From IMG/VR virus record IMGVR_UViG_3300023243_000074: 64,000 nucleotides of DNA. One strand, given 5' to 3'. Below are positions 9,826-18,740 of this stretch, in pieces. Position numbers and translations under genes: made by a program. The first letter of the stretch is position 1; each line of letters begins with the position of its first letter. This DNA comes from an uncultured virus (IMG/VR IMGVR_UViG_3300023243_000074) (lineage: Duplodnaviria; Heunggongvirae; Uroviricota; Caudoviricetes). Under the pieces are notes generated by a model that was not told where the DNA came from, made no database searches, and was given only the letters and a program-made list of their open reading frames with translations.

Positions 9826-10703
9826 TTTGTTAATGGTATATCGGATTCACATGTGCAGAACTTTCTAGTGCATGTTATCCATTCATTCGGTATAGTAAAC
9901 TTCTCATTATATATGTTTCCTAATCTACCACCTACTCTACAAGTTGCTCTGTACACTTCTCCATCCTGATCTATCATCAAACTTTCTATTCCTGCGTTAC
10001 ATGACCACCCTTGGAATTGATTAGTATTTGTTTTCAATACATCGTTTGCATGTATTAAAGTTGTGTCATCTACAATACAATTGGGTTTAACTGTCGCAGC
10101 GCTGTTAACCATCCACTGTATTGTTTTGGTTTCATATCGAGAGTCATCAAAGTCATCTCTGCTTAAACCACTGTTCCAACGGATTCGCCTTAGCACATAT
10201 GGAATTCCAGCAACGTCTAGTGTATCTACAACACTATGCACACGCTCTATCTGTTCTTCTAACACCATAACATGAACTACAATTTGAAATTTGTTCAGAT
10301 CATTTATTGATAGTATAGTTTCTAACACCCTTTCGGTGTCGTATTCAAAATGTACACTAAACACATACTGATCAACCCTTTGACAGGCGTAGTAATCTGC
10401 TGGCATAGTACCATTTGTTGTGACACTTACGAAACTTACTCCGTTCAACTTAATATATTCTATTAACTGCGGTAGACCTTTATTGACACATGGTTCTCCA
10501 CCCGTGAAACTAATCCTCATATGCTTGTTTATCTGAAGCAACTGGTCTGCCGCTGATATTAGTTCATCTATAGGTGTGCTCTTACTATGGTTGTCATGTA
10601 TCTCGGCAGGACAATATGAGCAGTCGTAGTTACATCGCTTGCCTATGTTCCATTCTACCTTTACGGTATTTTCCTTATACCATCTATTACGAACGCTATG
10701 CAT
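9816..10703 (-). CDS. Radical SAM protein with C-terminal Cys-rich domain
   Basis: CNYDCSYC, FTGGEP, TTNG; GWSCNAG...ATC...CTRKFCTC. Confidence 0.9.
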   Translation of the reverse strand: MHSVRNRWYKENTVKVEWNIGKRCNYDCSYCPAEIHDNHSKSTPIDELISAADQLLQINKHMRISFTGGEPCVNKGLPQLIEYIKLNGVSFVSVTTNGTMPADYYACQRVDQYVFSVHFEYDTERVLETILSINDLNKFQIVVHVMVLEEQIERVHSVVDTLDVAGIPYVLRRIRWNSGLSRDDFDDSRYETKTIQWMVNSAATVKPNCIVDDTTLIHANDVLKTNTNQFQGWSCNAGIESLMIDQDGEVYRATCRVGGRLGNIYNEKFTIPNEWITCTRKFCTCESDIPLTKCK

Positions 10704-11427
10704 TTTTAATAGACCATTCTCTTTCTACACACCAGAAACACTTACCGCATACTGGGACTGGTTGATATGGTCCATATGACTTATAGTCTAATCCGTCAAA
10801 CTCACCTTCGCAACTTCTTGTCTGCTCAAATAGTTCTAATAGACCGTTGTCCCTATACTGTCGGTACACCCAAGATTTATCTACAAACCGCAATGGATGA
10901 CTAACAAATATTCCCATATGAGTAGTAAATTCTAAATGTGTGTTAGATTCATTTTTAGTGAGTTCTCGCTCGGTCATAGCACCTCGAATCTGAACTGGAG
11001 GGTTCTTAGTAACTCCATTGTAATGACAGTCTACAGAAAACTTCTTACATACATATTCTGCAAATGAGCGTTTTGCAATGTTGTCTCCTGATACAGTTCT
11101 ACCATATGCATCTTTTATAGTTGGTCCAGAAACACCATATTCTAGGTCTGGAGGTATAAAATTAACATGTCGATGAAATATAATTTGTGGAAACATTTCG
11201 CATAGTACTTCATATATTCTCAGTGCGTCATACTCTTGCCATGGGCGCGTTTGCCACATTCTAACATGATTGATCACATGAACTGCTGTAGAGTTATCGT
11301 TTTGTTTAATCATATCGCATAGTAGATATGCAAGTATAGTGCTGTCTGCTCCTCCTGACATGCTTATTGCAATATTACCCCAAGAAGGATCGTATGGTAT
11401 TTCAACTTTATCTACTATGTTAATCAT
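10696..11427 (-). CDS. PP-loop ATPase, QueC-like
   Basis: SMSGGADS PP-loop; C-terminal TRSC...CGKCFWCVER Zn-binding motif. Confidence 0.75.
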   Translation of the reverse strand: MINIVDKVEIPYDPSWGNIAISMSGGADSTILAYLLCDMIKQNDNSTAVHVINHVRMWQTRPWQEYDALRIYEVLCEMFPQIIFHRHVNFIPPDLEYGVSGPTIKDAYGRTVSGDNIAKRSFAEYVCKKFSVDCHYNGVTKNPPVQIRGAMTERELTKNESNTHLEFTTHMGIFVSHPLRFVDKSWVYRQYRDNGLLELFEQTRSCEGEFDGLDYKSYGPYQPVPVCGKCFWCVEREWSIKNA

Positions 11428-12260
11428 AATTGATTTATCGTATATTCGTATGCTAGTTTATGATGATACCTACCAACATGTCCATTGCATTTAGTTGGAT
11501 CTATTAAGTTTGCGGTCTGAATATCTCGAGCCCAATAAGAATTCACATCGAAATTATCAATTGATATATACTCGCAGTATTCAGAAAAATCCGAAAACAT
11601 ACTGAAGTCTACATAACCCACTCCTAATGCAGAACAAATTAACTGAATAGACTTTCGCTTATACTTCCATGAATTTATATTGTGATAAGTTAAATCGTGA
11701 TTAGACAAATTAGCATAAGATCTGCTGACATAATCTTCATGCCTACAGAAATCCGGTACTTTATTCTTACCCCATGCGGATACACTTGGAACCCAATTAT
11801 ATATCCATTCTATATCAAGTGTTCTTTTGAACCACATAAACCTATATGGTTTAGTCCAGTTAACTACTACGAATTTGGGTTTCTTTGGCAGTTTGTCTAT
11901 ACTATGTATGAAGTTCATAGTGATAAAATCATTACTCGCCCCAGATAATCCTAAGTTAACACAATCAATATTCAGTTCATCACTCAATAATCCAGTATAT
12001 GTTACCCCTAAAGGCAATCCAACTCCAACAGAATTACTACACCCCAAAGCAATAAAATAATTATCCCAGTTAACTTCGTCAAACTGAGGCATCCTATAAC
12101 CCTTAGAGTTGAATTCATATGAAATTGGTACATCATACCAATACCAATCTGGGATAATAGAAATATTTTTATTAAATATCTTTTCGCTATCCCCTGAGTA
12201 AAACTTGCTAATCGTATTAGCAACTTCAGTATCTCCTTCTAAGCATATAGATTCATACAT
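11424..12260 (-). CDS. SGNH/GDSL-like protein
   Basis: FNSKGYR, ALGCSNSVGVG, NLGLSGASND, terminal GHVGRYHH. Confidence 0.55.
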   Translation of the reverse strand: MYESICLEGDTEVANTISKFYSGDSEKIFNKNISIIPDWYWYDVPISYEFNSKGYRMPQFDEVNWDNYFIALGCSNSVGVGLPLGVTYTGLLSDELNIDCVNLGLSGASNDFITMNFIHSIDKLPKKPKFVVVNWTKPYRFMWFKRTLDIEWIYNWVPSVSAWGKNKVPDFCRHEDYVSRSYANLSNHDLTYHNINSWKYKRKSIQLICSALGVGYVDFSMFSDFSEYCEYISIDNFDVNSYWARDIQTANLIDPTKCNGHVGRYHHKLAYEYTINQL

Positions 12261-13524
12261 AGGGCTTGAATTCTGGTATTACCTGCAATAAACTTTGATT
12301 TCTAGTCTTATCTAATTTCATATTAAAATCTATACAGTCTTGCCAATGCGAATCATACATACACTTTGCCTTCAAGAAATTTATATTATCTTGAATCTGT
12401 TGCCTAGTTACAGTTTCCAACAACTTATTTTCTTGAATGCGAGGATAATCTAATATCTCTAGTTTCATTTCTTCTAAGCGTTCTATAACACCTTCCTTCA
12501 GATCTGGCGGTATTACTTGCGCACTTAATGCTAAAGGATAACTAACTCTGTGAGAATAAAATACAATGCCCAATTTGTTTATGAAATAATCGATAACCTT
12601 GTCTATCTGTAATATATTGTTTGACTGTACTGTGAATGCACCAACAACTCTACTCACATTTGGAAAAGATTTAAACACCTCGATGTTAGATTCTATAGTG
12701 CTAAACTTACCGTTACCCCGAACATATTCGTAGACGTCATGTATACCGTCAATACTAACATTAACCGCGATCTGCTTAAAATGCGGCCAGTACTCATGAA
12801 TAGTCCTACCCTTGCTAATACCTAATGTTGTTCCATTAGTAGCATACTTCAACTCAATCTGATGAGCATATGGTTTAAGCATATCAAGTATCTTGTAATG
12901 CTGTGGATCCATAAGAGGTTCCCCTCCAGCAAATTCTACTCGCCTGAAGTGTGGTAATAATTTTTCAAAACTTTTCCACCAATTATCAGTGTCGTCAAAC
13001 TCACCAATATATTTTCCTGGAGTATCTACTAACGACTCTACAATGGGTATTAGTATATTCCTGTCCTTTGCGTAGAATTCTGTAACCTGATCCCAGTCTT
13101 TCCAACTAGTGCTGTCTAATGGGTTACACATTCTACATTTCAGATTGCATAGATTGTTAAGTTTAATTTCCATCGTAGGCAGTTCAAATGCCATTGTGTA
13201 ATCATCATTTAGTTTATCAAGTGCTTCTGGGTATAGGTTAACTCTAGATTCTGGAATAGTGTTCTTAATATGTCTTTGACGCAAACTCTCGACACCTTGG
13301 TCTTCTAAGTCGAAACATGGTTTACATACCTCGGGTCGCTCATTGTTTAATACTTGTTTACGAACTTTCAACATCATAGAATTATTCCAAATCTTCTCAA
13401 GAGATTCTTTTTGAATAAACCCAATAGGAGCACTTCTACAACACACCTTAACCGCGCCGTCTTCCCTTGTTGCGAGTCCTGTAAAAGGATGCATACAAAA
13501 TGTTTTACTATCACATCCACTCAT
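12253..13524 (-). CDS. Radical SAM protein with N-terminal SPASM/twitch-like domain
   Basis: CNLKCRMC, FAGGEP, YATNG; N-terminal CMHPF...VKVCC...CKPC. Confidence 0.9.
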   Translation of the reverse strand: MSGCDSKTFCMHPFTGLATREDGAVKVCCRSAPIGFIQKESLEKIWNNSMMLKVRKQVLNNERPEVCKPCFDLEDQGVESLRQRHIKNTIPESRVNLYPEALDKLNDDYTMAFELPTMEIKLNNLCNLKCRMCNPLDSTSWKDWDQVTEFYAKDRNILIPIVESLVDTPGKYIGEFDDTDNWWKSFEKLLPHFRRVEFAGGEPLMDPQHYKILDMLKPYAHQIELKYATNGTTLGISKGRTIHEYWPHFKQIAVNVSIDGIHDVYEYVRGNGKFSTIESNIEVFKSFPNVSRVVGAFTVQSNNILQIDKVIDYFINKLGIVFYSHRVSYPLALSAQVIPPDLKEGVIERLEEMKLEILDYPRIQENKLLETVTRQQIQDNINFLKAKCMYDSHWQDCIDFNMKLDKTRNQSLLQVIPEFKPYV

Positions 13525-13566
13525 TAAAAATTTCCTAACTAATTAAACTAAATACTAAAGTTCCTC

Positions 13567-14262
13567 ATGAATATATATGCCAGAATGATAACACCTACAA
13601 AATATAGCGTAACACCAGATGACTTACTGCAAGCAAATAATAACTTGCCTGTTATAGATTCTAAAACCGTTATTAACGAACCCACTGGAAATTTCTTTTA
13701 TGATCCGTGGAAATGTAAACCTAAATTTATCAATACGGTTTGGGAAAATATAATATGTTCTTTAAATGATATTGAAATAGGTGAGGCTAGGATTATTAAA
13801 CTTTCGCCAGGACAATCATACCTATCACATGCTGATATCGATGATAGATATCATTTAACCATTGCATCCGAGATGTCGTACCTTATAAATCTTTCAGACG
13901 AGGTTATGCATAAACTGATGCCAGATGGGAAATGGTATCATATGGACGCGGGATATATTCATACTGCATGTAACTTCGGCGAGTCTGATAGATATCAATT
14001 AGTTGTTAGGAAACTTCTACGGCACTGTATGTTAAATTCCGCCGTGCGAGTAAAGATACAACTGAAAGATAGTACATTTTATCAGTTTAGATATGTGTTT
14101 GATAGTATAATAAGTCCGTGGTTAAACCGTGCAAACAAACGAAGTATAATTGACAATTTTAAGGTTGAAACTGCATCTACAGTATCATTTGATATTGAGC
14201 CAAACCACATAGAACTTGTTCAAGAAATGCTCCCATCTCAATTTGGTTTAGAAATTATTTAA
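13567..14262 (+). CDS. 2OG-Fe(II)/cupin oxygenase (Asp/Asn beta-hydroxylase-like); true start may be 13585
   Basis: HADIDDRYH (HxD) and distal IHTACNFG..R motif. Confidence 0.7.
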   Translation: MNIYARMITPTKYSVTPDDLLQANNNLPVIDSKTVINEPTGNFFYDPWKCKPKFINTVWENIICSLNDIEIGEARIIKLSPGQSYLSHADIDDRYHLTIASEMSYLINLSDEVMHKLMPDGKWYHMDAGYIHTACNFGESDRYQLVVRKLLRHCMLNSAVRVKIQLKDSTFYQFRYVFDSIISPWLNRANKRSIIDNFKVETASTVSFDIEPNHIELVQEMLPSQFGLEII

Positions 14263-15223
14263 ACTTAGGTATCTTACTATCTGCTGAACTGACGCACCGT
14301 GGAGTGGAACACTTTACTGGACTAGAGAATAATTTAAATTCTTGTAGGTTTCCTATAGGTTCATCATTACATGAGTAACCCCGTTTAATAGTATCTCCTC
14401 GAATTATCAACCCTTGATATCCTGCATTACATTTCCATCCAGAAAACTCATTAAACCCAAACGCATTGAACCTCTCTGCTTGATCCATGTAATAAGTTTC
14501 ACCGCCAACATCATGCATAACGATCTGTGAAATTTCCCTGCCGTCATACTTCTGTGGAAACCCTTGTTGCATTAATGAAAGCATTTCTTCGGTATATCCA
14601 TATACAATTGAACTTGCAGTTTCGTCACTTTGAGGTTTCATCGTAACATTAATACCTAGTTCATACATCTTAGCAAGTCTTGCATATGTCTCACCAAATA
14701 GTTCTGGAACCATTACTTGATTGACCACCAAGCGAATACCTAATTTGTTTAGATGTAAACACTTCTCTATGAACTTATTCTCCTTAGCAAACTCTGCATG
14801 AAAACTTGCTGTGATAGAACGCCTTGCGAATTTTCTAGTATCTCGCTCCCACTTATCCCACCATTTAATTCCAGGGCTTATGTTGCTAGTCATATGGATC
14901 GTTTGTTCTTCTTCATACTCTGCTATATGACTAACCAACTCAATCAAATGTTTGTATGTTGTAGGTTCGCCCCCAGATAAACTCCAATGTATTTTTGAAA
15001 AACCATTTGCGCTGCTTTGGGCGTGGATACGGTCCACTACAGATTTATAAGTATAAAGTTCGGAAAAGTCTAATGTGCTACTATTTGCGTATGGCCAACA
15101 GTACGAGCATTTATAGTTGCAGAATCTTCCTAATATCCAACTTACATTAAATACATCATCCTCAAGCATAGTTCTCTGACCGAACTTGATAATATTCTTT
15201 AATGGTATTCTAACTTCTTGCAT
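14255..15223 (-). CDS. Radical SAM protein with C-terminal Cys-rich domain
   Basis: CNYKCSYC, LSGGEP, MTSN; GWKCNAG...YSC...CSTPRC. Confidence 0.9.
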   Translation of the reverse strand: MQEVRIPLKNIIKFGQRTMLEDDVFNVSWILGRFCNYKCSYCWPYANSSTLDFSELYTYKSVVDRIHAQSSANGFSKIHWSLSGGEPTTYKHLIELVSHIAEYEEEQTIHMTSNISPGIKWWDKWERDTRKFARRSITASFHAEFAKENKFIEKCLHLNKLGIRLVVNQVMVPELFGETYARLAKMYELGINVTMKPQSDETASSIVYGYTEEMLSLMQQGFPQKYDGREISQIVMHDVGGETYYMDQAERFNAFGFNEFSGWKCNAGYQGLIIRGDTIKRGYSCNDEPIGNLQEFKLFSSPVKCSTPRCVSSADSKIPKFK

Positions 15224-15234
15224 ATAGATATGGT

Positions 15235-15966
15235 ATGATTAATATATTTACATTTAAATGGGGAGACAAATATTCCTGCGACTATGTTAACCGACTATAT
15301 GGTTCATTAGTGAAGCACATTGATGCGCCATTTAAATTTCACTGCATAACAGATGATAAAAAAGGTATTCGCCCTGAAGTATATATTATAGATTACAATT
15401 CCTTTGATCGATTTAATTATCCCAAGGATAGAGTATTCACTAGGGAGAAGTTATGTTTGTTTAACTTATCTCATGAGGAACATAATGTATGGATCGACTT
15501 AGATGTACTAATACATGACAACATAACTGAATTAGTTACAACAAAGAGCACTAAACCAAAGTTGATATTCAATTACTGGTTCGATTTACAAAAACGAACA
15601 ATGTTTAATTATGGGCGCGGTGCATCGTGTCATATCAATAGTTCGTTTGTATATTGGTCGAGTGATAGTGGTCAATGGTTATATGATTATACACAAGAAA
15701 ACTCTGAGAAGATATTCTTTACATATAACTCGTTAGATAAGTATTTGTTTTATCAACATTACTGGAAAGATAGATTAGACACTTGGGATGAAGGCATAGC
15801 GTACAATTACAATTATGATAACGCTCTTAATGAGAAGAAAGTTGGACACAAGATAGCACTATTCAACACCTCTCACATCCGTCTTAATCGGACCGCTAAG
15901 GACGCATTAGAACTTCATGAGACCAAGGGGTGGGCTAAGGAATTATGGGAGTCCTACGATGCGTGA
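15235..15966 (+). CDS. Glycosyltransferase (GT-A fold)
   Basis: FKWGDKYS..YVNRLY, CITDD, DLD (DxD), INSS. Confidence 0.75.
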   Translation: MINIFTFKWGDKYSCDYVNRLYGSLVKHIDAPFKFHCITDDKKGIRPEVYIIDYNSFDRFNYPKDRVFTREKLCLFNLSHEEHNVWIDLDVLIHDNITELVTTKSTKPKLIFNYWFDLQKRTMFNYGRGASCHINSSFVYWSSDSGQWLYDYTQENSEKIFFTYNSLDKYLFYQHYWKDRLDTWDEGIAYNYNYDNALNEKKVGHKIALFNTSHIRLNRTAKDALELHETKGWAKELWESYDA

Positions 15967-16393
15967 AGATACTTACCAAGCAATAGAATGGTTGTTAGAG
16001 TCGGGTGAATTAGATGCATCTATAATTGCTCCGGGGAATACATTTAATGAATTTGCGGTTGTTGCACCAATGGGTATTTCTTTAACATATTATGATATAG
16101 ACCCTAAGTTTAAGAATATTTCTAATTGCAATATAGTAGATGTTATATTTGAGACTCCTCCTCTTTCAAATTGCATTATTCATATGAATGCTCAGAAAAC
16201 TTATCCAATCGGTAAATTATATAATGGTGTATTAATTATATGCGGCGGTGATGATAACCATCCTGGCGATTGTAATGTAGTCACTTCTTGCAAGCAATTA
16301 ATAACGCAGAATAATATACATACCGTATATGCGACTAAACACATCGCACATCGTAGAATTAATTCTTACATTGTATGGGGTAGAAATGATTAG
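15959..16393 (+). CDS. Degenerate methyltransferase-like protein
   Basis: YYDIDP and HMNAQKTYP resemble motifs in the 5975 and 17051 proteins; start reassigned to ATG 15959. Confidence 0.45.
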   Translation: MREDTYQAIEWLLESGELDASIIAPGNTFNEFAVVAPMGISLTYYDIDPKFKNISNCNIVDVIFETPPLSNCIIHMNAQKTYPIGKLYNGVLIICGGDDNHPGDCNVVTSCKQLITQNNIHTVYATKHIAHRRINSYIVWGRND

Positions 16394-17054
16394 TTTCATT
16401 TGTTCTTTATGGGGCGATAAGTACAGTACCAAATATGTGCAGAAGTTGTATGAATCTGTAAAGGATAATTACATTGGCGAATTTGCGTTCTATTGCCAAA
16501 CAGATAAAGTATTAGGTATAGATGGTGCGATAGAACTACCGTTTAGCAAATTCCAACCTATTATGGATGGTCGCTTTCCGGATAAACCCAAGTGCAATAT
16601 ATGGGAACCTAATTGTTGGGGTATCATGGGAAAGAAAGTATATCTAGACTTGGATATACTGATTCAAGGTAATTTAAATAAAATTACAGAACTTCACGCA
16701 AATAAGATACTGATTAATAGATCACACTGGCAAGACGATGCTGGTATAAACTCCGCGCATAATGCATATCTTTGTTATCGTGGAGTTACCAATAGCAGCA
16801 TAATTGTTTGGGAAGACACCTCTGATACCAAGGAAATATGGGAACATATAGTGAAGAACTCTGAGTACATATTTTTTGTATGTATAAATGGTTCTGACAA
16901 CTACTTGAGTTCAGAACATATGAGTAAATTTGACTTTGTTCCTAGGCCATTAGTTGCATCCTATCATAATGAAACTCCTTCAGTAGAACCTATCATATAT
17001 ACCTTTGAAACTCAGCCAGGTCAACTCGAAATGCATGAACTAGGTATGTTATGA
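16386..17054 (+). CDS. Glycosyltransferase (GT-A fold)
   Basis: SLWGDKYS..YVQKLY, CQTD, DLD, TNSS; start reassigned to ATG 16386. Confidence 0.75.
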   Translation: MISFICSLWGDKYSTKYVQKLYESVKDNYIGEFAFYCQTDKVLGIDGAIELPFSKFQPIMDGRFPDKPKCNIWEPNCWGIMGKKVYLDLDILIQGNLNKITELHANKILINRSHWQDDAGINSAHNAYLCYRGVTNSSIIVWEDTSDTKEIWEHIVKNSEYIFFVCINGSDNYLSSEHMSKFDFVPRPLVASYHNETPSVEPIIYTFETQPGQLEMHELGML

Positions 17055-17467
17055 AATTATCTGCGGAATATGCAATAGAAATAATGCGGGTGATGGAACT
17101 TCATGTTGATAAGCATGTTTTGATACTGGGATCTGTTTCCGGTGCAGAGCTACCATTCACCAAGTATGATCAGATAGACTGGATTGATAAGGTGTCTAAT
17201 GTTAATTATAGGTTTGAAGAAATAAATAATGGCACTCACAACTTAATCATAAACCTATGCTGCGAACACATGTATCCAATGCGAGTAATAACTCTACCAG
17301 CAACTTACTTACTACAGTCTAACAATAGGTATTGCGACGAACATGTCAATAGAACAACATCTAAAGAGGCTCTTATTGAACAGTCTCAACTAGATGAAGT
17401 AAATTTTGCATCTACCACAAAGTTTAATGGAGTCAATTACTATACGATTGTAGGTGAGAAATGGTAA
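17051..17467 (+). CDS. Methyltransferase-like protein (short paralogue of the 5975 ORF)
   Basis: INLCCEHM and LLQSNN...HVN match INTSCEH and VLQSNN...HVR. Confidence 0.55.
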   Translation: MKLSAEYAIEIMRVMELHVDKHVLILGSVSGAELPFTKYDQIDWIDKVSNVNYRFEEINNGTHNLIINLCCEHMYPMRVITLPATYLLQSNNRYCDEHVNRTTSKEALIEQSQLDEVNFASTTKFNGVNYYTIVGEKW

Positions 17468-18111
17468 ATGTAATCTGTCTAAAATGGGGCGACAAGTATT
17501 CTGCCGCTCATGTAAACCGTTTATATAAGTTAGTTCAAGATAATACCACTATAAAGTTTAATTTTATATGCTTTACCGAAGACCCAAGTGACATCGACAG
17601 CGGTATTCAAATAACAGAATTGCCTAAAAATGATGTGGAGTCTTATTGGTGGAAACTGTGGATACTAACCCTAGAAGGGCATAATGTATTCTTTGATCTA
17701 GACATAGATATTCAAAACAACATAGACGAGATATTGTCTTATGCGCCAACCAAAGGAGTTTATGTTATTCCTGCTGAGTGGAAAAGTGTACTTGGTCCTA
17801 CTGATGGGCTAACTTCTATCAATAGTAGCATAATGATATGGGATGCGCAGTGTAGTATATTTCAAAATCGATTTATACAAGATCCCAACTACTATCAATT
17901 GAAGTATGATGGGAATGATGACTTTATGGAGCAAGAGTTTATAGACCATATAAACGTTCTACCTTCACATTGGGTTTATTGTAAAGTTTGGGGGTATGAT
18001 CAGAGAGACCCAAAAAGACATTCTAGAATGGTAGATGGTGTGTATGATATGCCCGAGAGGATGATATGTTTATACAATGGCGATTTGTCTAAGCAATATT
18101 ACTCGCTCTGA
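17461..18111 (+). CDS. Glycosyltransferase (GT-A fold)
   Basis: LKWGDKYS..HVNRLY, CFTED, WWKL, DLD, INSS. Confidence 0.75.
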   Translation: MVNVICLKWGDKYSAAHVNRLYKLVQDNTTIKFNFICFTEDPSDIDSGIQITELPKNDVESYWWKLWILTLEGHNVFFDLDIDIQNNIDEILSYAPTKGVYVIPAEWKSVLGPTDGLTSINSSIMIWDAQCSIFQNRFIQDPNYYQLKYDGNDDFMEQEFIDHINVLPSHWVYCKVWGYDQRDPKRHSRMVDGVYDMPERMICLYNGDLSKQYYSL

Positions 18112-18740
18112 ATATCCTCTATCATGCATTCCCACATGTATTGGTCTGGTGTCACGTAAGATACTGTAATTCTAGGCTCATGAGTACGAGCGCAATGCCA
18201 AAAGATTTTATCAGGTTCTGTGAACGATCCGAAGTAACCCACCTTAGCGCTCCATCCTGGAACATCTTGCATACGAACTATTTGCTTGGTCGTTGGGTCT
18301 AGATACTGAAAGTATCCGTTTCCGGTTTCGCTGTATGACATAACCAAGTTGTATCCTGGACAGTTGCAGTTATTATGCCAGCCGATAAACCCGTCTTCAG
18401 GATAGTACATCTTCAGAGCGCTGAACTTAACACCAATCGCTTCTATCATATCAATGTCCATCTTCTTAGACACGGATTCCCACTCATCACAAGAATTTTT
18501 ATCATTACCTATATCAAACCCTTTAGAGTATAAAGGGAACCCCGTTTCATAAGGGTCTTTGCTTAGACGATCATTAAGAAATTCTTGAGAAGTGCCTTCT
18601 TCTGCAGAAATAGAAGAAAGTAATTTATGATCAAATAACTTTTTATCATGAATAATATTAACTGGTTCAGTAAACATCCAGTCTTTAAAATCATTCAGTA
18701 TCTGGAGTAGTTGTTTGTTTTTTATTGAGACGACCTGCAT
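18099..18740 (-). CDS. 2OG-Fe(II)/cupin-type oxygenase-like protein
   Basis: YPEDGFIGWHNN and distal WHCA...R. Confidence 0.6.
   Translation of the reverse strand: MQVVSIKNKQLLQILNDFKDWMFTEPVNIIHDKKLFDHKLLSSISAEEGTSQEFLNDRLSKDPYETGFPLYSKGFDIGNDKNSCDEWESVSKKMDIDMIEAIGVKFSALKMYYPEDGFIGWHNNCNCPGYNLVMSYSETGNGYFQYLDPTTKQIVRMQDVPGWSAKVGYFGSFTEPDKIFWHCARTHEPRITVSYVTPDQYMWECMIEDIQSE

Noticed and set aside
6578..15223. Radical SAM plus QueC-like genes as a 7-deazaguanine DNA modification cluster
   Set aside because: The radical SAM proteins are longer than QueE and carry auxiliary Cys domains; no QueD, FolE or DpdA recognised. Cannot be excluded for the rest of the genome
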